From assembly GCA_963752285.1 (NCBI GenBank), contig CAVVXN010000002.1, positions 224,001 to 288,000 on the forward strand: 64,000 nucleotides of DNA, read 5' to 3'. The translations under genes and the position numbers were made by a program. The stretch's first letter is position 1. Every line of letters begins with the position of its first letter. Below the pieces are notes generated by a model. That model saw only the letters and a program-made list of their open reading frames with translations, did not search any database and was not told where the DNA came from. Positions 58,652-64,000 of this stretch are shown here, piece by piece. This DNA is from an uncultured Planctomycetota bacterium (lineage in GTDB: Bacteria > Planctomycetota > PLA2 > JAEUHO01).

Positions 58652-60781
58652 TCAGGGAACCGTGGGGTACGGGAGGTCCGTCGCGTCGAGCGGACCGGCC
58701 ATCGTGCTGAGGAGGACGCCGGTTGGGAGCTGGCGCGTCACGTCGCGGAAGAACGCCTCGCGGCCCGCGCCGAGCCCGGTGAGGGACGCGCGCGGCACGG
58801 GCACGTTCGGCAGCACGACCTCGGGGAAGTGCGCCGTGATCTGGCCCGTCGTGTCCGGGACCACCGTGCCCGTCACCGTGAAGTCGGAGTCCGGGTTCCG
58901 CCCGGGCCACGTTCCCGGCGGGAACATCGTCGAGTCGGTCGCGAGGGTCGCGGCGACCGTGAACGGCATCACCGACAAGAGCTCGGCGGTGGAGGTGGCC
59001 ACGCGACGTCGCGTCGCGAACTGCCACGCGACGCGGATCGGAGCCGGCGCCGTATCGCCCTCGAAGTAGGCGGGCACGCGCACGATCTGGGTGCCGGGGA
59101 TCGCCTGCCCCGTCCCGTCCCGCGCGGTGCCGAGATACGTCGCGTTCGTGCCGCCCTCCGGGATCAACGCGGAGCCCGGGTCGGGGCTCAGGACCACGTC
59201 CGGGTTGCCGTTCGCGAGGTCGAACGTGACCAGGTAGTACACGCCGCCCGGGTCGCCGCTCGACGAGCCGGAGCTGCGGTAGGGCAGCCAGGCACCGATG
59301 CGGCCCGCGAGATCGTGGACGAGGTCGTCCGTCACGGGCGCGGACGGCGGGTCCACCGTCGTCAGGTTGTAGACGAGCGGAAGTCCCGGGACCCAGCGCG
59401 TGTCCGGGTCGGAGGTCGCCGTGTCGATCGCGCCCGTCAGCAGCGCGACGCCGCTCATCCACGTGAAGGGCGCCTTGTTGAGCGGGGGCTCGGAGGGCGC
59501 GGGCACGGCCGGCTCCTCGCCGGGAAGCGTCGGCGGCGGGACGTTCGGCTTGTTCGGACCGCTGCCGACCGCCTCGCGGTGCCCGATCGCCAGCACCTCG
59601 ATGTCCATCGAGTTGAGCGCCTCGATGGTCGCCTGGAGCGTCGCGGCGCCCGTCGGCGCGACGGGGATCGCGCCGGTCTCGTCGCCGAAGCGGGCGTAGG
59701 CCTGCTGACTCGTCGCGTCGCTCGCGAAGCCGGGGGGGAAGCCGCCCGGAGCCACCGGGGAGGCGGCCGCGAAGGCCTGCACGCTGGTGATCGTCTCGCT
59801 CGGGCGCGGTCCCGTGCCGGGCGCGCTCGGCGTGTTGGAGACGGACGCGTCGAGCGCGGTCCCCTCGACGAGCGGCGTGATCGTCGCGATGTCGCTGTAC
59901 ACCACGATGAACCGGATGGAGTTCGGGCGCCAGCCGGCCCCGCCGAGGCTGCCGCTCGAGCGCGTGTCGCCCACGATCCACTCGGGCTCGCCGTCGTCGT
60001 CCGTGCCCTGACTCCCGAGTGCGAAGGGCGGGACGTCGCCCGAGCTGCCCGGGGCGAGCTGCGTCGTCTCGAGGCCCACGCTTCCGCTGTCGAGGTTCGA
60101 GCTGTTGCCGTCGCCGTCGAAGCCGGTTCCCGTCGCGAGCTGGTAGAGCGCCTCGAGCGCGGATTGCGCGTCCACGGGGTCGCGGCCGCCGTCACCCGGG
60201 GTGGTGCGCGAGAGCGCGAGCGAGAAGAGCGAGGCGAAGAGCTGGTTGCCCTGCCGCAGGATGGGCTGGTTCAGGATGAACGGACGCGCGAGCCCGTCGA
60301 TCGGCAGCGCGACCTGCGTGGGGTCGCCGGCCTGGGGGCCCGACCGCACGAAGTTGGCGTAGTCCTCGAAGCGCGAGACGCCGAAGGCCAGGTCGAAGTC
60401 GGAGGTCTGGCCGAGCCCCTCCGAGACGAGCTGGTTCAGCAGACGGTCCTTCGCGTCGCGAAAGACCTCCTGGGCGACGACGGACTTGATGCGGCCGTCG
60501 CCCGGCGTCTGGATCTCGCCGAGGACGATGTCCGAGTTCGGCTCGGGCGTGTCCTTCGTGTTGAAGAACGAGTCGTCGAGCAGGAACATCACGTCCACCT
60601 TGAGCGGCCCGTTCTGAGGCCGCACCGCGACGGGGGGCAGCTCGATGCCGACCTGCCCAACCGAGGTGGTCTGCGCCTGGAGCTGCAGGGTCCCGGAGTC
60701 CTCGGCGCAGCAGCCTGCGACGAAGCCCAGGAGACTGGCGATCGAGAGGATCCTCACCGCCTTGATCGTGGGTCGCGTCAT
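58652..60781 (-). CDS. vWA-domain lipoprotein (putative surface/adhesion protein)
   Basis: Lipobox FVAGC; VDVMFLLDDS, FGVSRFEDY, SALEALYQLATG, GGAGWRPNSIRFIVVYSD. Confidence 0.72.
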   Translation of the reverse strand: MTRPTIKAVRILSIASLLGFVAGCCAEDSGTLQLQAQTTSVGQVGIELPPVAVRPQNGPLKVDVMFLLDDSFFNTKDTPEPNSDIVLGEIQTPGDGRIKSVVAQEVFRDAKDRLLNQLVSEGLGQTSDFDLAFGVSRFEDYANFVRSGPQAGDPTQVALPIDGLARPFILNQPILRQGNQLFASLFSLALSRTTPGDGGRDPVDAQSALEALYQLATGTGFDGDGNSSNLDSGSVGLETTQLAPGSSGDVPPFALGSQGTDDDGEPEWIVGDTRSSGSLGGAGWRPNSIRFIVVYSDIATITPLVEGTALDASVSNTPSAPGTGPRPSETITSVQAFAAASPVAPGGFPPGFASDATSQQAYARFGDETGAIPVAPTGAATLQATIEALNSMDIEVLAIGHREAVGSGPNKPNVPPPTLPGEEPAVPAPSEPPLNKAPFTWMSGVALLTGAIDTATSDPDTRWVPGLPLVYNLTTVDPPSAPVTDDLVHDLAGRIGAWLPYRSSGSSSGDPGGVYYLVTFDLANGNPDVVLSPDPGSALIPEGGTNATYLGTARDGTGQAIPGTQIVRVPAYFEGDTAPAPIRVAWQFATRRRVATSTAELLSVMPFTVAATLATDSTMFPPGTWPGRNPDSDFTVTGTVVPDTTGQITAHFPEVVLPNVPVPRASLTGLGAGREAFFRDVTRQLPTGVLLSTMAGPLDATDLPYPTVP

Positions 60782-61037
60782 GATCGTCAGCCCTCCCGCC
60801 CGGCCGCTGGCCACCGGTTCTTCACCGGGCGACGCCAGCACGCGGGCACATCCCGGGCCCGCCCGGAGCGAGCCCCGCGGACCGGCGCCCGGCCGGCCCT
60901 CCTAAGTCCCTGTCCCGAAACGGGTTGCAGACCCTCGCGAGGTCCGCCCGCACGCCCCGGACGCCCCCCGCCCGTCGACTCCGGACATCGGACGTCGAAA
61001 CCCGAGGACATTCCTCCTCCGCGTCCGCCCATCCGGA

Positions 61038-61952
61038 CTAGAAGTCCACCTCGACTCCCAGGTTCGGCGCGAACGTGAAGATCCAGCGCTTCTGGCCGTC
61101 GTTCGCGGGATCGAACCGCGTGACGTCGGTGTGGTCCGCGTGGACGTCGAGGCCCAACGTGAGCCGGACGTTCTGGGTGACCAGGTATCCGAAGCCGATC
61201 TCCCCGTACGCGCCGAGCCCGCTGTCCTTCGTGAGGTAGTCGCCGGTCCAGAAGTACTCCGGCCCGACACCGAGCCAGTAGTAGAAGCGGCTGTTGTTGT
61301 GGAAGCTCCGCTGCCACGTGAACTTCGCGCCCACGTGGTAGAAGTAGCCGCCGTCCTCCCGCAAGCCGAACAGGGGATCCTGGCGGTCGAACCGGCCGCT
61401 GTTCATGCGGAAGAAGCCGTCGAGGCCCCAGCAGCCGCAGAACGTGCGGCCGAGGTCCACGCCCCAGTATCCGCAGTGGCTCGGCGCATCGGTGCCCGAG
61501 TACAGGGCGTAGCCGAACACGGCCCGCGCGTGCCACATGGAGATGCCGTCCTCGCACGGCAGGCGGCAGCCGGACCAGCAGCGCGCGGCGAGCGGCACGG
61601 CGGGCGCGACCGCGCACGGCGCGGCGTACGAGGGCGGGGTCGTCATGGGGGCGGACATCGCCGGGACCGGCGCGGCGGTGGACCACGCGGGCGCGGCGGT
61701 GTTGGGCGCGGACGGAGGCGGAGGGGGCGGCGGCGCGTCGCCCGCGGTCCGGACGAACCTCGTGGCGCCCTCGTTCGGCAGGGTGGCCTTCTCGACGGCG
61801 GCGGCCGGCGGCAAAGCCGAGGGGCCGCGAACGCGCTTCACGATCGGCGGGGGCAGCGAGCCCTCCGCACCGCCCGCCCGGGCCGGCGAGGCGACGGCGC
61901 CGGCGACGAGCCAGGTGGCGAGCATCGCCCCCGCGAGGCGGATCGGTCGCAT
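61038..61952 (-). CDS. Outer-membrane beta-barrel protein with Pro-rich linker and several Cys
   Basis: Signal peptide ending PARA, alternating aromatic beta-strands, C-terminal beta-signal NLGVEVDF. Confidence 0.75.
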   Translation of the reverse strand: MRPIRLAGAMLATWLVAGAVASPARAGGAEGSLPPPIVKRVRGPSALPPAAAVEKATLPNEGATRFVRTAGDAPPPPPPPSAPNTAAPAWSTAAPVPAMSAPMTTPPSYAAPCAVAPAVPLAARCWSGCRLPCEDGISMWHARAVFGYALYSGTDAPSHCGYWGVDLGRTFCGCWGLDGFFRMNSGRFDRQDPLFGLREDGGYFYHVGAKFTWQRSFHNNSRFYYWLGVGPEYFWTGDYLTKDSGLGAYGEIGFGYLVTQNVRLTLGLDVHADHTDVTRFDPANDGQKRWIFTFAPNLGVEVDF

Positions 61953-62103
61953 GTTGGTCCTCCCTCGACGCGGACCACTCCGCGTGAATCAGACCGGCAG
62001 GGTCCCAGAACCACCTGCATTCGGCAACGGTTCGCTCGCGTCGGCGTCACCGTCCTCGCCGTGTTCTCCTACGATCCTGCGAACAACGAGCGGCTCGCGT
62101 GTC

Positions 62104-62799
62104 ATGGGGCATTCACGGTCCGAATCGAGTCCGGCGTACGAGTCCGGCGGCGACGCGTCCGCGCCCTCGTCGCCGTTCTCGGGTCCGTGGCCCGAGGCGG
62201 CGGACGTCGTGGCGGTCGGCGGGTCGCTGGAACCCGATCTCGTGCTCGACGCGTACGTGCACGGGGTGTTCCCCTTCTACGGCGCGGACCAACCGACGCT
62301 CTGGTGGTGTCCGGACCCGAGGACGGTGATCCCCCTCGGCGCGTTCCACGTCCCGAGACGCCTGGCGCGAACGATCGGGACGCGCGACTACGAGGTGCGC
62401 GTGGACACGTCGTTCGAGGCGGTCGTACGCGCGTGTGACGAGGGCCGGCCCGACGGGTCGTGGATCCACGAGGACATGGTCCGCTGCTACGTGGAGCTCC
62501 ACCGTCGCGGGCACGCGCACGCGCTGGAGGTATGGCGCGGTCCTCGCCTCGTCGGCGGACTCTACGGCGTCACGGTGGGCGGCTGCTTCGCGGCCGAGTC
62601 GATGTTCCACCGCGAGCGCGACATGTCGAAGGTGGCCCTCGCGCACCTCGTCGGGCGACTTCGCGTGCGGGGATTCACGCTGCTCGACGTGCAGTTCCTG
62701 ACGCCGCACCTCGCGCGCTTCGGCGCGGTCGAGATCCCGCGGACGCGCTACCTGGGACGCCTCGCGGCCGTACGCGCCGACCCCGTGACCTTCGCGTGA
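62104..62799 (+). CDS. aat: Leucyl/phenylalanyl-tRNA-protein transferase
   Basis: AYVHGVFP, WWCPDPR, GHAHALEVW, LVGGLYGV, ESMFH, DVQFLTPHLARFGA. Confidence 0.95.
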   Translation: MGHSRSESSPAYESGGDASAPSSPFSGPWPEAADVVAVGGSLEPDLVLDAYVHGVFPFYGADQPTLWWCPDPRTVIPLGAFHVPRRLARTIGTRDYEVRVDTSFEAVVRACDEGRPDGSWIHEDMVRCYVELHRRGHAHALEVWRGPRLVGGLYGVTVGGCFAAESMFHRERDMSKVALAHLVGRLRVRGFTLLDVQFLTPHLARFGAVEIPRTRYLGRLAAVRADPVTFA

Positions 62800-62805
62800 G
62801 CCGGC

Positions 62806-63243
62806 TCAGCGCTCGTTCGCGATGCGAATCCGGGCGCGGGCGCTCGCGAGGGCGCGGTCGCGCGCCTCGAAGGCCTCCGGCGTCGTCGGCACGCGCGCGA
62901 GCGCCGCGGCGAGGTCTTGCTGCGCCACCGCGGCGTCCACGCGCGCCGCCGGCTGGGCCCGCTCCGCGAGGACCGTCACGGTGCCGTCGAACGTCTGCAC
63001 GACGCCGCCCTCGAGGAACCAGCGCTGCCACGCGGGCCCGTCGGGCCGGATCCGGAGCTCGCCCGCGCCCAGGCGGGCCACGAAGGGGGCGTGGCCCGGC
63101 AGGAACTCCACCTGCCCGTCGTGCGCGGGCACGATGACCGCCTCGGCGAGCCCGTCGTAGACCGGTCCTTCGGGGGTGAACACGCCGACGAGAAGGTGCC
63201 CGGGCGGCGCGCTGACGGGGGGGGGAGAGGCCGGGGGCTCCAC
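62806..63243 (-). CDS. atpC: F-type ATP synthase epsilon subunit
   Basis: VFTPEG, FLPGHAPFVARLGAG, FLEGG, VTVLAE, C-terminal helical hairpin; directly downstream of atpD. Confidence 0.92.
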   Translation of the reverse strand: MEPPASPPPVSAPPGHLLVGVFTPEGPVYDGLAEAVIVPAHDGQVEFLPGHAPFVARLGAGELRIRPDGPAWQRWFLEGGVVQTFDGTVTVLAERAQPAARVDAAVAQQDLAAALARVPTTPEAFEARDRALASARARIRIANER

Positions 63244-63245
63244 GG

Positions 63246-64000
<755 letters not shown>

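Overview
Very GC-rich chromosomal segment. The tpiA-secG-yicC-gmk-rpoZ-coaC-ftsK gene order, a split coaC, many HEAT/TPR exported proteins and a Hanks-type kinase suggest a planctomycete-like bacterium, but that assignment is inference. About 52 genes are supportable. They include housekeeping genes (ftsK, gmk, rpoZ, tpiA, aroF, fbaB, an EF-G paralog, aat, atpC and partial atpD) and scattered LPS-core/export genes (two GT9 heptosyltransferases, Kdo/WaaP-type kinases, GT2/GT4, an MsbA-like exporter). There is also a sigma54 NorR-ric-qNOR nitric oxide module, a Ser/Thr kinase-FHA signalling cluster, and several transporters. The most unusual element is a five-gene, fully translationally coupled operon at 51963-57433. 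It encodes only the stator subunits (G/H, I, E) of a V/A-type ATPase, with no c-ring, central stalk or catalytic subunits, followed by an MCE-like protein and a fused MlaF-MlaE ABC transporter. No rRNA, tRNA, CRISPR array or mobile element was seen. Most long ORFs in the track are GC-rich shadow frames. All homology calls come from motif recognition by eye, not from database searches.
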